Part shown: positions 50,131 through 64,000 of the stretch, piece after piece
How positions within the stretch are numbered: position 1 is the first letter of the stretch
How the letters are laid out: each line of letters opens with the position of its first letter
Assembly (NCBI GenBank): GCA_028023455.1
Contig: JAQFVV010000005.1
Span: forward strand, 21,700,001-21,764,000
Reading direction: 5' to 3'
DNA: 64,000 nucleotides
From: Epiperipatus broadwayi
Taxonomy: Eukaryota > Animalia > Onychophora
Made by a program: the position numbers and the translations under genes
The notes under the pieces: model-generated
Seen by the model: only the letters and a program-made list of their open reading frames with translations
Database searches by the model: none
What the model was told of the DNA's origin: nothing

Positions 50131-52595
50131 TCTACCAAAAGCATTCCACGTTTAATTTTATGAATGATTACATCAATTTTTTAGCAATAATCAAATGTTG
50201 TAATTTGTTTGCATAACACATATAATGACATTATATCTCTATAAAGAAAAACAACATATAGTACGAATAAAGTTTTCTATTGCATCACTGTAAGGAAAGC
50301 ATATTATAGTTAAAAAAACATGATCACTTAATAATAATTTTATGCATAATATCTCTCTATTGTGTGAAGTTTAATATTTCAAAGGAATGAAAGAAGCTTT
50401 GTTTACATCTATGCCTAAATATCATTTATCAGAGTTGTACTCTATAAAAATCTGAACTAACATATGTAAAGATCATTTTATTTGTTTTGATAGTTTGGTA
50501 ACAAAGGCTGATATTATTAATAGCATTTTGGTCATTTCAACATTTACATATAACATTGTATCAATTAATTAGTTAATTGTAATATCACATTATTTATTTA
50601 TATTTTCAGAATTTAACACAACAGAGATGGATCAAAATAATGAAAACACATGTCACATTACAGAACCATCATGAAACACAAAAATGAAACTATGTATCAA
50701 CTAACCCTTTGTTCTTTTATAGAGACAACAACTCTAAGAACATGATAAGGAGTATCTGACAAAAAGTTGGTATCACTTTAATGAACTAAGAGATGAAATG
50801 TCAAATCTGAGTTTTTTTAAAAAAGGGATCTAATTTTTGGTACTTGATTACATGGTGAAATTAATATCAAAACTGTCAACTGCTTAATGTTTCAAGATGG
50901 AGTCCATCTTGAAACATGATAATAATTCCATTCACTAAAGATATTTAAGATGAGAAAACAATTTATTATGCATATTATGAGAAAGTAATAACCATTATGA
51001 ATAAATGTAGCCAAAAAAAATACAAAAACTACTGCAAAATAAATATTACATACATCAACACATATCTAAACAATGCAAAGAGCTTCCCAAACAAAAATAT
51101 TTATGGGCAAGCTGCCAATTCAAAGCCACTAATCTCTAATGTGCTGTTATGAGGAAGAAGCAATATTGTACTGAACAAGAATAGCTGGAAGCACAACATA
51201 TGGTTAATCCCTTTCCTAACCCTTTTCTGTCAAGATTGTTCAAAATATCAGGCTGTATCATCCTAACCACAAAACAGATTGTAAAATTGTCATCATATGG
51301 GCAATTATATCATGTTATTCTCTTGGTCCAATGATCACTCCACATGAAACCATTATATAAAGAAGGCATTAAATTAACATTTTGAGGGATCAGACCATCC
51401 TATTATACAAAAATAGTTTCATAACAATTTTGTCATTTCCACGATGGCTTTACAATTGTATTGATTTGGCAAACACGATGACAGTGTTACACAGTTCCTA
51501 GAGCCTACCCAATCACCTAATTTAATTACTGGTGAATAAAACTCATCATCAGAAATGATAGGCTTATGCCAAGTTTCTAATTTTGTCTTCACTAGCAAGA
51601 AGGCTGTATGTACACATGCTAGCTCTCTCATGGTCTAATGTCATCTGCCCATATTTTATGAAGTCTCTGTCTTTAGTTTGTCATATCAAAAATTCTGGAT
51701 TTATTTTTTAGTTTCCTTAATCATTAATTCAACATGTATGTCCATGGAATGAAAGTCTATACTTCCATTGACAATAAAAAAATTCAAGACTATTCTCAAA
51801 GAAAAAGGCCTTAATATAATTCTAGATATAGTTCAAACTTCCATGCAGTTCCATCTTACATAGATCAAAAACATACAAGTAGTAACTTTTTAGAATTTTT
51901 TTTTACAAGTAGTAACTGCAGTAAACTAATGCAGGCTTTGGGTTATTTTTTTTATCCACTATGTGGTATATATATTATACAAAGAGATTAATTTATGGGG
52001 GGAGGGGACTTTTATTTTACAAGTGAAAATAAACATTTCATTTAATTATCTTGATATGGCATTGATATTAAAAGAAGCTGGAAACGATGTTATTTGATTG
52101 TGCCTTAAGAAAATGTTCTTGCAAAACTTGGAAAATTGTAAAAAAAAAAAAATCCCACTTCTTATAAAGCCTGATCCATAAAAAATATACAATAAAACAT
52201 TTTTAAAACTTGTTTTATAAAAACATTACTTCACATTGATCCAACGTTTAACACATTAAAATAATAAATTACTTGTCCCCTCCCCCTCCCGCCAGATTGA
52301 AAAAAATTAGAAATGATCATTTTAGCTTATTTATCAAATGTCAGATTAAAACGAAGATAAACAGAAACTTTCTGCAACGAATCTTTTATAAATTTCAGTC
52401 CTGTAGCCTGAAAAATTCTAATCTTTTTTACAATAAATCTATCAACTTTTGTTCAATTCCAGTTCACCAAATAAAATAAATGAAGAGCTAAATAATAATA
52501 ATGCAATAATATATACGTCATAATGACTTGCTTTATTAATAATAATAATCGTACGGCTTTATTATTTGAGAGTTCATAGGCAGTTCAAATTTTTT

Positions 52596-52675
52596 GATGT
52601 GATAAAGCTGGCCGATTCGTGGACCTTAAGCGCCAATCAGACTCCATTCTACCAAAGCGCCAAACCATGCCAAAT
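52596..52675 (-). mobile_element. Second tRNA-like SINE family, copy 2
   Basis: GGTAGAATGGAGTCTGATTGGCGCTTAAGGTCCACGAATCGGCCAGCTTTATCACATC. Confidence 0.5.
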
Positions 52676-52699
52676 AATTCATTAAAAAAATATATATAT

Positions 52700-52990
52700 A
52701 TTATTAGTGTTCAGTCTTATATCACACTATTAAATCAATCCTTTCTCCGTGCTATTCTGTCCAATATCTGAATCTTTAATTCCAATCTCAGTTCTTTTCT
52801 CCTACTATCATCCACTATTCCTCTAAAAATCTTTTGTTAAACAATTCTGTGTTCTCTGTCTGATCCAGTTTCTCTTCCTATTAGCAATTTATCCAATCAT
52901 TCTTCTTTGTTCACCTATTCTAACTAAAATTTTCTTGATTGTCACTCTATCCACCAAACTAATCCTCTACATTCTTTTTATCCTTATCAC
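52700..52990 (-). mobile_element. Old RTE-like LINE 3' remnant
   Basis: Reads RKRNWIRQRTQNCLTKDF..GIVDDSRRKE, resembling the RTE C-terminal NWIGH...LL..I.EG region. Confidence 0.45.
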
Positions 52991-54299
52991 AAAAATTTCT
53001 CACAACCACATAATAATAATACTTTCCAAATACATAAAATCAATTATGTTCTTATGAGATCTTGATCAAATGTTATTGATCGCTTAAATTATAGAACCTT
53101 TTTGCCTAGTTACCTCAAACTGTCTTTGATAAAATTCGTAACATGCATATATTGTGCATATATCATGAAACACTAGTATATATATATTGTTTGTATACTG
53201 CAAACTTTTAAAAATAACTTTTTTACCTTTAAAAAAAAAAATTAGAGAAAACACTAATGAGGAGATTATAAACTACGTTTTTAGAAATGGAAATAAAAAA
53301 TGAATTAACTACAGTAAATTCATAATCTATTATTTGAAAAGAGTGAGGTTAAAATACAAATAAATAATAATGTTAATTAAATTTCCTTCAACATCAGTAA
53401 TTTAAGCTATGACTAAATCTGAAGAAGCTGCAATACACTATTTTTGAATCGTATCATAACTTCATCACACAAGAAAAGAATGTCAGAGTTTCCATTACTT
53501 TCCACATAACAAGAATCCCAAGAAGACAAGTTTGTCATTAGTTTCTAAGAGTGCCATCACAGTTTAATTACTCTGATTAGCTTGAAGTGCTGGAGGACTA
53601 CATCCTCTGCCAGTGATACTTGGAACGGAATATAATAGCAGTGAATAATCTCATCATTTTCCATCTGTTTTATCTTTAAGGATAAGTGGTCGTTTATAAG
53701 ATTAAGGTCATCATATTCTGATAAAACAGAATTGATTGATCCAGGAATAGTTAATTATTCAAAGAATTGCCTCATTTGTTTCACAGTTAATCATATATCC
53801 ATCACATTTTATGTTTTCATTATCCACTTTGCCATAGAATTTCAATGCTAAAGTATATTGCAAATATCTAATAATTCATTATCTTATAATTCATTATTAG
53901 TTCTGCTTTAATTTTAAACTTAAAATATGTGTTGAGCATATTTATTTCCTCACTCCAACTGTAGGTACTATTAGTGTTATATAACTGTATTATTTACCTT
54001 GCATAATATTTGGCGCTATCTTTTTAAAACCTATAGTGTTACCACACTGATTTTTCAATCCTGTCTTAGTCATGAAAAGTATATATCTTACTATTAGCCT
54101 GAATATAGGCATATAGATGTATTGTTATTACTCTATAGGTATAATGTTTGAAATAAAGACTGTACTATATAGATGGGGGAATTTTTGTTTAATGATAATT
54201 ACTTATGTTATACATTTTTAGGAATGTTTTATGAAAGGGCCATTCATGTGTAAAATTTATTAACATGTGAGTATAATATATTATAATATATAATATATG

Positions 54300-54961
54300 C
54301 ATAGCGTTATATAAAAATAAATGCTTATTTACTTATAATTAAGTTTCACTTAGAGTGACGTTTAGTAAATTCTAGACAATTTCATGACGTCATTCATCAC
54401 AACATTGTAGATAGTAATTTAAAGTGAGAATTCTACTCTTACGCTTTACTCAACAGTACTTCAGATTTGCTCATATAAAAGAATTTGAGTTGTAGGAATA
54501 AAAGATTCCTTTTATTCCTGCATAAATACTATATCTTGTATTGTGGAGAGAAGTATTCCTTTATTATTTAACACTCTCAAAAGATGCATGCACAATTAGC
54601 TTGAAAGGCTGATCTTTGAATGTAATATAATTGTACACATAGCGTCATAAAAAAATAAATACTTATTTACTTATAATTAAGTTTCACTTAGAGTGACATT
54701 TAGTAAATTCTAGACAATTTCACCGACGTCATTCATTACAATATCGTAGATAGTAATTTAAAGTGAGAATTCTACTCTCACACTTTACTCAACAGTACTT
54801 CAGATTTGCTCATATAAAAGAATTTGAGTTGTAGGAATAAGAGATTCCTTTTATTCCTGCATAAATACTATATCTTGTATTGTAGAGTGAAGTATTCATT
54901 TATTATTTAACACTCGCAGAGGACGCAAGCACAATTAGCTTGAAAGGCTGATCTTTGAATG
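54300..54961. repeat. Direct tandem duplication, ~339-bp unit, two copies
   Basis: ATAGCGT(T/C)ATA... starts at 54300 and 54639; both units run to TGATCTTTGAATG. Confidence 0.9.
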
Positions 54962-57900
54962 AATAAAAAGATAATGATTATTTCAAATAAATATTCTATT
55001 GTAGAGAAATTATTATATGTGTAAATAAATATTTTTTGCTATTAATTAAATATATTTCTGTTTTGTTGCCGTTATGACATTATTGCATTATCACATTTGT
55101 TACTCAGAAAATCTACTTTAATAAAGTTTTCATTATTAATTATTTTATCAGTACACTTCAATGGTAACATAAAATTTATTTATCTGCTTTACTTATTGCC
55201 CATTTTTACAAGCATATTAGAATATTTATTTATTTTCCAAGTTTATTCGTTCAGTTAACTGCATTATCAGAAGATAAATATTAATGTTATTTGTTTTACT
55301 TTCAAATGCATTTGCTACATAGTTGGTAACATAAAATATACCCTTATTGCCTTCTGCATCCCTTCACATTATTGCTTATTAAATGTTGCATCAAAAGATA
55401 TATTATTGGTGTATTTTATGGTTGGTAGAAATGAAATAATTATACATGAATAACTTTAAAGTATTTTAAAATGTTCCAGTTTTCTAGTCATATATTACTT
55501 AAGTGTTTGAGTATTCTATTATTGTGTAGTTTCATTTCTGCTATCTTAAAAATACTAATGTTAAGGATAAAATTAAGAATATAAAATATGTAATGCATGG
55601 CTTGAATAACAGTGATCACATTTTAAGAGTTTAAAGTATATTAATGTTAGCATTTTTCTTGTTCCAAGTGCATATTGAATTTGAACCCTGAGATAAAGAC
55701 ATTTTAGAACCTAAGGTGAGATTTTAAAATTGTAAAAGAACCTACATTTTAAATAAAGTAAAAATAAAACCTGAGATAAGATTTAAGCTAATATTAGTAA
55801 TTATAATTAATTATTATGTTATCTATAAGAGGACTCATACTCTGGTGGTTCAAAAATCCATAGCTATTATGGTGTCTGTTTACGTAACCTTTGATTCCAG
55901 CATTTGTGCTGGGGCAGCATCCTAGTTAGTTCAGGTTACAATATATATGTTTTAGAATTATATGTTCGATGTTTGAAAAGTTTAAAGATAATTTCTTGAA
56001 TCAATTCTAAATCCCTAGGAAGTGAATTCTTTGATTTACTATAACAGTCATTCAACAGAGGAAACCTCCTTATCATTTATATCATAACCTACGTAGGCAT
56101 TCTTGTGATAACATGTACACTTTGTAGTCATATATATATAGAGTAGATGTACTTATTAAAATATAATGAAATATGTTTTTGCATGAGAGAAATGCATACG
56201 ATTTTAAAGACTGATAATATTATAGTAAAATAAAGATAGAATAAAATATTTAATAAGTAAATTTTTATAAGCATATTTTGATATTATCTTAAGCCTCTTT
56301 TAATGCATGGTTTGTCTTGGCAACATATGTAGCAACAATCACACATCATATTGAGTATTCTTGAATTTAAATGTTAAAATTTTATATTTTCAAAAGTCTG
56401 AGAACTATTTCATTAATTATCATTATAAATCTTAATATAATTGCTGTAATTTGTAAATAAAGCCTATTTTATATTTACAAAATTACTTTGACTTTTATAT
56501 TTCCACATTTCACATCATATAATTAGTAGTCTATAGTCACACGATATCCTTATTTTTTGCTTTACATATTTTAGATTTATTTTATAATATAATTATCCAT
56601 ATATTATAATTTAAGATTATTCTTATCTATAGTATTTAGTTATTTAAAAATAACAGAAGAAAAAGTATAGTCAATAAATTATGATTTATTATATACTGTA
56701 AAGGTACAGATGATAGGAGTGAATATGAGGAGGTATGATATCATCACCGCCAAATATCATGAATATAAAGATAAATAATCATGAGGAATGACATATATAA
56801 AATGAACTATAAAATGAATGAGCATGAGAGTCAGAAGATCAGCAATATATAATAATGTAAATAGTTATACTATGTTATAATCTACAAATTATCCGGCATT
56901 ATATAAAAATAATCAATCATCAATAGTCAAAAGTCATCCTTGTGATTGGATTTAAAAGAGGTACATTATAAACCGGCTACTCATCTAGACACTACCGAAC
57001 ATAGGGCAGAATATAACACAATTGGACACACATACTTAAGTCTAATCTACCACTCATAATAAAAATAATGCCAGGATACTCGTACATGGTGATGATAATC
57101 ATCAATGCTTTGCTCATATGGTACCATTAATGTACAGGCCAACAATAAACTAAATTTTCTCAAACAAAAAAAGTAAAATGCAGTGAATGGACTTTAAAGG
57201 TGATACCTTTGCACCACATATTTAAATAATTTTAATGGTATAATTTAAAAATTACTAAAACACTAAACAGTAATGAAATCACATCTCACACACTGTCAAT
57301 TCATAGAACAGATAGCTGAAGGAATAAAGACATTAACATTGGAATATTTTTAACAAGTACATAATAAACTAACAGATAAATAATTTTTAAGAAAAATTTT
57401 TAAATGACATAATATAATTCAAATTAAATACATTTTATCAAAATTATAATTTCATATAACAAACATGACTCACCATTTGATTTTCATTCATTAATTTAAT
57501 TAAATTTTTCTATCATTAAAATTTTTTTTTCAATACGAAAAATTAAAAAAAAACACTTTTCAATCAGAGATGTGGAGTTTTAAATTAGCTTAACCCTTTG
57601 TATAACTTTAAAGGGAAAATAAATAAATAAATAAATAAATAAAAACATGGTTAAAAAAATGTTAAATTTAATAAAAATTAAATTACCTAAAAACTCTTTT
57701 TATAATTTTGCAAGGATAAATCAAATGAATAATAAAATCACATATTTCACAAGAAAATGTTACCTTAAAAAAGTTATTCATTCATATCAATTATTATTTC
57801 TATAAATTTTTTTTATCTCTAATTGAAAGTATAAGGTGCATATTAAAAATACCTTTTATCATGGTTTTCTTTTTAAGTCCTCCTTGACACTTGTTATTTC

Positions 57901-60900
57901 CAGTTTCCATATACATTTCCTTCTTGAAAGCTTCCCTATTCCAAGCTAATGTACACAGTTAATTTATCCATTCTGCCATATAATATTTTCAGGCTAACAC
58001 AGAAACAATTTATCCATTTTTATTTCTAATAATTTACAGGTCAGATTAACACACAAAGACAGAAACTCATGCCCTTGGGTGAAGGCAAGACTTGTTGCAG
58101 ATTATTTCAGGGTATTTTCTCTTTACATTATTTCCGATAAAGCAGGTTATATGGAGGTAGATGATATTTAACTTTTATCTGAACTTAGCATGTCTTCATT
58201 TTAGAAAACATTTATTTTCAGCTGAGCTTCTGTATCTGTTTAATAGCTGAAGTATGACTGCTCTCCTCAACAGCTTGATTAAGAATGACTGCTTCTTACA
58301 ATACCTTCAGTCTATTGACTACCCATACCTCTATTTTTGGAACAATCCTGTCCAACCAATCACAATCCTGTTTTATAATGACGAAACTAAACCCCAATCA
58401 ATTAGATCTATTTTTTTTTAAAAAAAATTGTTATTTCTCTTTTTTTTTTATTGTCAAAAAAAATCCCTTGTACTTGTTTTTCTCTTATGCCAGAATAAAA
58501 AAATAATCAGTTAATTACACTGACCTGATAAACACTGCCTAGTGTATTGAAGAGATAAAGAGAAAAAAAAACTAATCAATTAAAACAAAAAATTAACAAA
58601 ATGTTATAATCTTATTTTTTTTTATCTTTTAAAATTTTATTTATCTCTTATAAGTTAAAATTGAAAATTGTTAACTAATTTACTAAAGAAAATTTTTTTC
58701 TCTGTTAGTACATTTTCAAAACTAAAATTAAAACTGGTAGATAATTAAAATTACTGAAGACAGAATAAAGGAAATTATTTATTTGATTTTATACCTTTCT
58801 TTTACAACTCTTAACTAATTGTAACATATTTGCCTTATTATTCAGGGAAAATGTATAAAATTCTCATATTATGATTTGGTATATAAAAATATTTAGATAA
58901 ATCAAATATCCATTATTATTAGTAAAAACACATAAGGAAAAATTAAATACTTCCTCATTAATTAATATATTCTAAACTTAAGGAGCTTGTAACATTGGCA
59001 TGACCAGAGATTGCCACTTTCTACAATATTACAATAGAGTAGCTAGCCATACATACACATCTTAATATAGGATTATTATATCAGTTTATAATATATTCAT
59101 TTATAACTTTAAAATATAAAACTTAGTTATGATAGAATATAGTTGGATGCAATAAAATGCACTTTGTTATCTAGCTATATCAATTTTATATGTTTATTCA
59201 TAAATAATAATTCTTTATACAACCCTGAGAAATCATTAGTTTTTAATTATTTATAATTATTTTATTGATTATTTATAAAACCTTGAGATTTGTTAAACAG
59301 GTATTTTATGAGAAATATTTACTTTTTGAAAGTTACAATTTGGCAAGCTCTATGTGATATACTTTCACAATTTGGTATGATGTGTTAAGTTATTTTAAAA
59401 AATATATATTTCCCTTTTTGCCATTTGATAATTTTCTATACTACCTAGCTCACTTCCTGTTTTTGATAGTTATATTTTGGTGCTTAACATGAGGCCAGAT
59501 AACATTAATTTAAATATCAGGTGTAAATAACTAGGTGTAATTTAATTTTGAAATTTTATTTCTTTTGATGTGACCTTGTGGGATGATGCTATATATTTTT
59601 TATCTCTCTGATAAGTTTCCTTGGATTTAAATATCATTTTGAAAATTATAATAATCATAATATAAGATAATTAGAGTACAATAAATATTGAAAAGCATAA
59701 AGCATTCCTATTAATAAATACTAGTTGATAAATTTATTTGTGCATTTCTTGTGGAGTGATGTTTCCCTGTAGACAATCAAGAAGATGCTGATGCTTTGGA
59801 GGGATGCATAGTAATTATAATATTGATAGACTTTACTAGTGCTTGACTATTTAAAACTATTAACATTTTATTAGATATTTAGTTAAAATAGTTTATAACG
59901 GATAATACTAATACTACCTTACTTGGCAGATCTGAAATCTAAAGTGTGACTTTAAATTTAATATGGTGCATGGATAAGATGTTTGAAAAATTTAGTATAA
60001 AACTTGAGGCTAAGTTAGATGTTAAATATAATGCATCTAAGCTAATTCAGATGCCAGATTTAAAGAATTTCAGGCTGAATAAACTGATTTTAACATATCT
60101 ATGGCCTGAATTAAAAACTGATTTAATGCTAAGTTAGAGGAAACTGGTGTTAAATCAGATATTAAGTTTATTATATTAATAAGAATTCCATATTTATACA
60201 GAATAAAAGAAATAGATAAGACTTTTTTATGATATAAAAGATTATTTTAATACGAGAATTGAATTATTTCACAAGTATCCCATAAGATTTAAAGTTTATA
60301 AATTAGATAAACGTGTTTTTTTATATAGTGTTCATTTTAAATAATAGATAATTTGCTTACAAAAAAGTTTAATGAAATTATCTTATGTTTAATTACTTAA
60401 TTAATAAAATTGATATTGATTTTATATTTCCTTTCTTAGTAGATGAATTTAATATTAATATTAATTGATATTCTTTAAGTGATAATTTTGTGGCCCAAAT
60501 TAGTGACCCGCAAAAGCACAAATTCAAAAAATTCTATAATTTATATGAGGGACCATTCCAAATCAAAAAAAAAATTTTTTAGGAAATTTTTGCTAGAAAC
60601 TCCAGAGGGAATGTAAGGAACATATGATATTTGAAGCTCACTGCACATCCTTAATAAATATTTTTGTTTTGTTGTAATTAAAGTATGTGATTTCGTGCAA
60701 TCATGGTAATAGATGTTTTAGTGCTATTCAGTTATAAAGAAATAGCATAGACTTAGTTTAAAGATAAATTGAGATTGTGCAAATAGAAGTTAGATTTTAT
60801 TACTATTTTAATCTAATAAAGGTGGTGTATTTAATGATATTTCCTAGCGTATAATATAAAAGAAAGATATTCATATTCATAAGTTATACATTATTTGTTT

Positions 60901-61569
60901 AAATAATTAATTCACTATAATTTTAATTATATGAATTAAAATAGAGTATATTTAAATTTTCATTTTTTTTAAAAAATAATAATAATTTGCTATTAAAAAT
61001 AAAAATGAACATGAAGTTTATAATAGTAATTGGATAATTAAAAATATTATTAAATGGATAGTTGATATTATTTTATAGTTAATAGAAACTTCAATAGACT
61101 AAGGAAATTTTTTCCCATGAGAAGGTGAATATAATATATCACAACCACTCTAAACATAATAATAAGTGAAATTTAAAATTTTTATTAGCTTACTGCAGAT
61201 ATTATTTTATTATTTAAATTGAATACCTTATAAAAAAAATTTCAAATTTCTAATATGTCATCGTGTATATTATAACTTTTTTGAAAATTCTGTATCCAAT
61301 TTTGAATTCACAGTAAAGGAATATAACATTGATTTTCACGTAAACACACAAATGCTATAGTAAACTTTAATAAAGGGCAATACAATGTAGAAACGCATTT
61401 TACCCATGTGGAAAAATGAACTAAAGATAAAATTAATAAAATAATATTTATTTTCATTTTCTGTATAATACTAAAATAATTTAGAATAACTGATAAAACT
61501 TCAATACTTTAAAATGTATATGTATGAATATTTATTCTCTAATTTACCTATTTTAAATTTAAGGGAAAA

Positions 61570-61860
61570 TTATTTGCTTACTCTTGTAATGCCTAAAGGA
61601 ACACCAATTGTCCTACACCAAATGTCTACATGAATTGAGAGAAAGAGCAACTGGAAAGAATTGATGCAATATTATTTCGAGCGTATTACATAAGGATTCC
61701 AATGGGTGATGAATATTTTACCTAAGGAGAGCAGTCTGAAAAGAGATAGACTATACCCATAAAGGGCATTGTTGCTGGACTCATGAACATTAACCAAGAT
61801 GATTTCATGAAAGCTTTAACTTTGTTACGTATTCTTACCATGTATATGTGTTTGTAGAAA
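61570..61860 (+). mobile_element. Possible old mariner transposase C-terminal remnant
   Basis: Broken frames KCLHELRERA...SVLHKD and GLMNINQDDFMKAL resemble the mariner catalytic C-terminus. Weak match. Confidence 0.3.
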
Positions 61861-62412
61861 AAACTTTTTATTTTATTTCCACATTTAAATGTTTATAACT
61901 TGGAAGAGTCCATTATAAGTGGAAGCAACAAAAAGAGGGAGAAATCATTAAGTTAGAAAAGTTTCTTTTTTGTTTATGTTTTAAATAAAGTTTAGATCGG
62001 TTTCCCTCAGTAGCGACTTGACAATGATCATCATAATATGGGATAAGGTAAGAAGATCATTAAGATAATTTCATATTAAGTGCATACACTTATTGCAGGA
62101 CAGATTCTATGTTATTGTTTGTTGTTAACTAATATGGATGTTTCTTTTTTGGTATAAATGAGTAATCTTTTTGTGCAGATGCTCTTTTCTGTCAACAGTA
62201 GAGAATTATACACATATATAGGGAGGTCCCCAAGAAGATCAAATACCGTTAATCGGAATTGGACAATAATGCTACTGCAAATGTACCAGCGTATCTTAAA
62301 TTAGCTAGTTAGCTTCATGGTTGTTTTAATAATAATTTTTATTTGGGGGGGGGGGGGGCTTTGTAAATAATTTGTGCCATGACATACATTTCTGCCATTG
62401 GGTCAAGGTTTA

Positions 62413-62550
62413 GAATCGTAAATATATTCAATTATTGATATGGTAGAAATCCATCCTTGATGCACATAATTATACTGTTTTGGAATCATAAATATATTCA
62501 ATTATTGATATGGCAGAAATCCATCCTTGACACACATAATTATACTGTTT
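62413..62550. repeat. ~69-bp tandem duplication
   Basis: AATC(G/A)TAAATATATTCAATTATTGATATGG...ATTATACTGTTTT occurs twice. Confidence 0.85.
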
Positions 62551-62686
62551 TATCTTGTTAAAGTTTTAATATTTTTTTTTTACTTTGTTTTGTTATCTAA
62601 TAAATGTTGTAGAATTTATTCATATCAAACTGGTCTCTAGTTTATTAAAATCGTCTTGCATTCATTAATCAACTGCTAATCTATGA

Positions 62687-62783
62687 TATGCAGACACACA
62701 CACACCTCACTTATATAATAATAATGAAATATAATTATGCAGACACACACACCTCACTTATATAATAATAATGAAATATAATT
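62687..62783. repeat. ~49-bp tandem duplication
   Basis: TATGCAGAC(AC)nCTCACTTATATAATAATAATGAAATATAAT occurs twice. Confidence 0.85.
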
Positions 62784-62802
62784 GGGCAAATATTTAATCA
62801 AT

Positions 62803-64000
62803 TGTAACCTATACAGAGGTGCAGCAGTTGTTAACTTGTATAAATTTATCCCTGAAGAGAGTAAAAGGTAAAATCCTCCGAGTTTGAATACTGAGGCCTA
62901 ATGGAGCCAGAAAGGGGGTGAGATATGGGTGAACTAGCCCAAATTGTATCTAGATTTAATGAGTAAATACAGAGATAACCCAATGGAGGTAGATATGATC
63001 ATAGGTTATGTATTTCATCGCACCATTGACAGCATCTACCCTAGATCAGATGGTAGTGAGACATGCTCTCCCTCTCTCATGGAAATGCCCAGCCCATTAC
63101 TACTGGCATCAAACATTAGGGACACGAAACAGAAGTTACTAGGAAGATCAAGCCATTGGAACTGGTAATTTTTTTAAAAAAAGTTTTGTTTTTTTTGTCA
63201 AATTTCCATAGTATGAAACCATAATGAATTTACACTATAACAAACAATTAGTACAACCAACTACAAAAGAGTGAATCTCATAAATCTAAATCACTCCCAA
63301 ATAAATATATCAAAAGAAAATCACATATGAAGCATTGAATGCAAGTTAAATGAAGAAAATGAAATAATAAACTGAGACCAACAATAAATAAATAATTAAT
63401 GAATAAACAAAATTAAAATAGATGAGTTAGGTAAGGGTAAGGGGTTCATGACCAAGATTAGTAACCCTTCACAGGTACACGTCATAAACCGAGCGACACC
63501 TCAAACTCAGAAGCACTCAACAATGAGATGGCTCAAGTATCTGAAACTGGAATAGCACAGGTTGTGGAAGATAAGATGACAATGGTACGAATGCTCTAAA
63601 TGATCATGGAAATGAACCAGAAATTGGAAGCAAAATTGGACAGCAACCTGGGCAGCCTGAGAGATGACATGAATAGAATGTACAATAAGACAAGCAGTAT
63701 AAAAGCAAAGATGCACAGCATAAAGGAAAAAGTAAAAAAAAACATGAATAATATAAAGACAGATCTGAAAATGGAAATGAAAGAAGAAACTAGATGGTCA
63801 GCAGATATGGAACAACTGTCCATAAATCTAAATAATGTCCAGAGGGATAATACTGAACTGAAGCAAGCAGTAGGGGAAATGAGAAGAGAAATAGATGAGA
63901 AGAATGTGCGATGCCAACAATGACAGAGTTCAAATGTAGCATCGTTAGTCAATTGGACCTTAAGTGCGAAGAGATATATCAAAACCATGATACTTTTAGG
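62803..64000 (+). mobile_element. Probable 5' part of a retroelement (candidate LTR, then a coiled-coil gag/ORF1)
   Basis: Begins TGTAAC. ORF 63600-63923 is a heptad-rich coiled coil (QKLEAKLDSNLGSLRDDMNRM...). No catalytic motif within the window. Confidence 0.4.

Noticed and set aside
59946-60137. ORF with repeated AKLD/AKLE coiled-coil words
   Set aside because: Frameshifted and short; probably a decayed retroelement gag/ORF1 but not assignable.
62887-62918. CTGA-GGC...GCC-A-GAAA hammerhead look-alike
   Set aside because: Lacks the NGA of the CUGANGA box and has no NUH or helix I partner.

Overview
AT-rich, CpG-depleted eukaryotic genomic DNA, probably from an arthropod (inferred from the flotillin protein). 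The only host gene I can support is flotillin-2 (FLOT2/reggie-1) on the minus strand. Six coding exons are located (28407-28488, 23928-24142, 12814-13046, 12614-12733, 10206-10420, 494-677). I could not find the first coding exon, and the last exons lie left of the window. The introns are full of decayed transposons: a PHD/esterase-ORF1 LINE, RTE fragments, Penelope-like elements (PLEs), a Gypsy element, Tigger, mariner and tRNA-derived SINEs. The most striking signal is a set of type I hammerhead ribozyme (HHR) motifs, about ten recognisable ones, in at least four small non-coding repeat families. (i) A ~454-nt retrozyme-like unit in partial-tandem and fold-back arrangements, with a minimal dimer-type HHR (CUGACGA core, ACUAGU palindromic helix III). 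(ii) A related ~350-365-nt tandem unit next to a PLE RT/GIY-YIG remnant. (iii) A ~190-bp element ordered canonical HHR, T-run, tRNA-like A/B-box segment, with a 7-bp target-site duplication proven by an empty paralogous site. (iv) PLE 3'-end HHR variants. HHR-bearing PLEs and retrozymes are a known class; the particular families and architectures here may be undescribed. All folds were read by eye and are untested. Coordinates of decayed elements are approximate.
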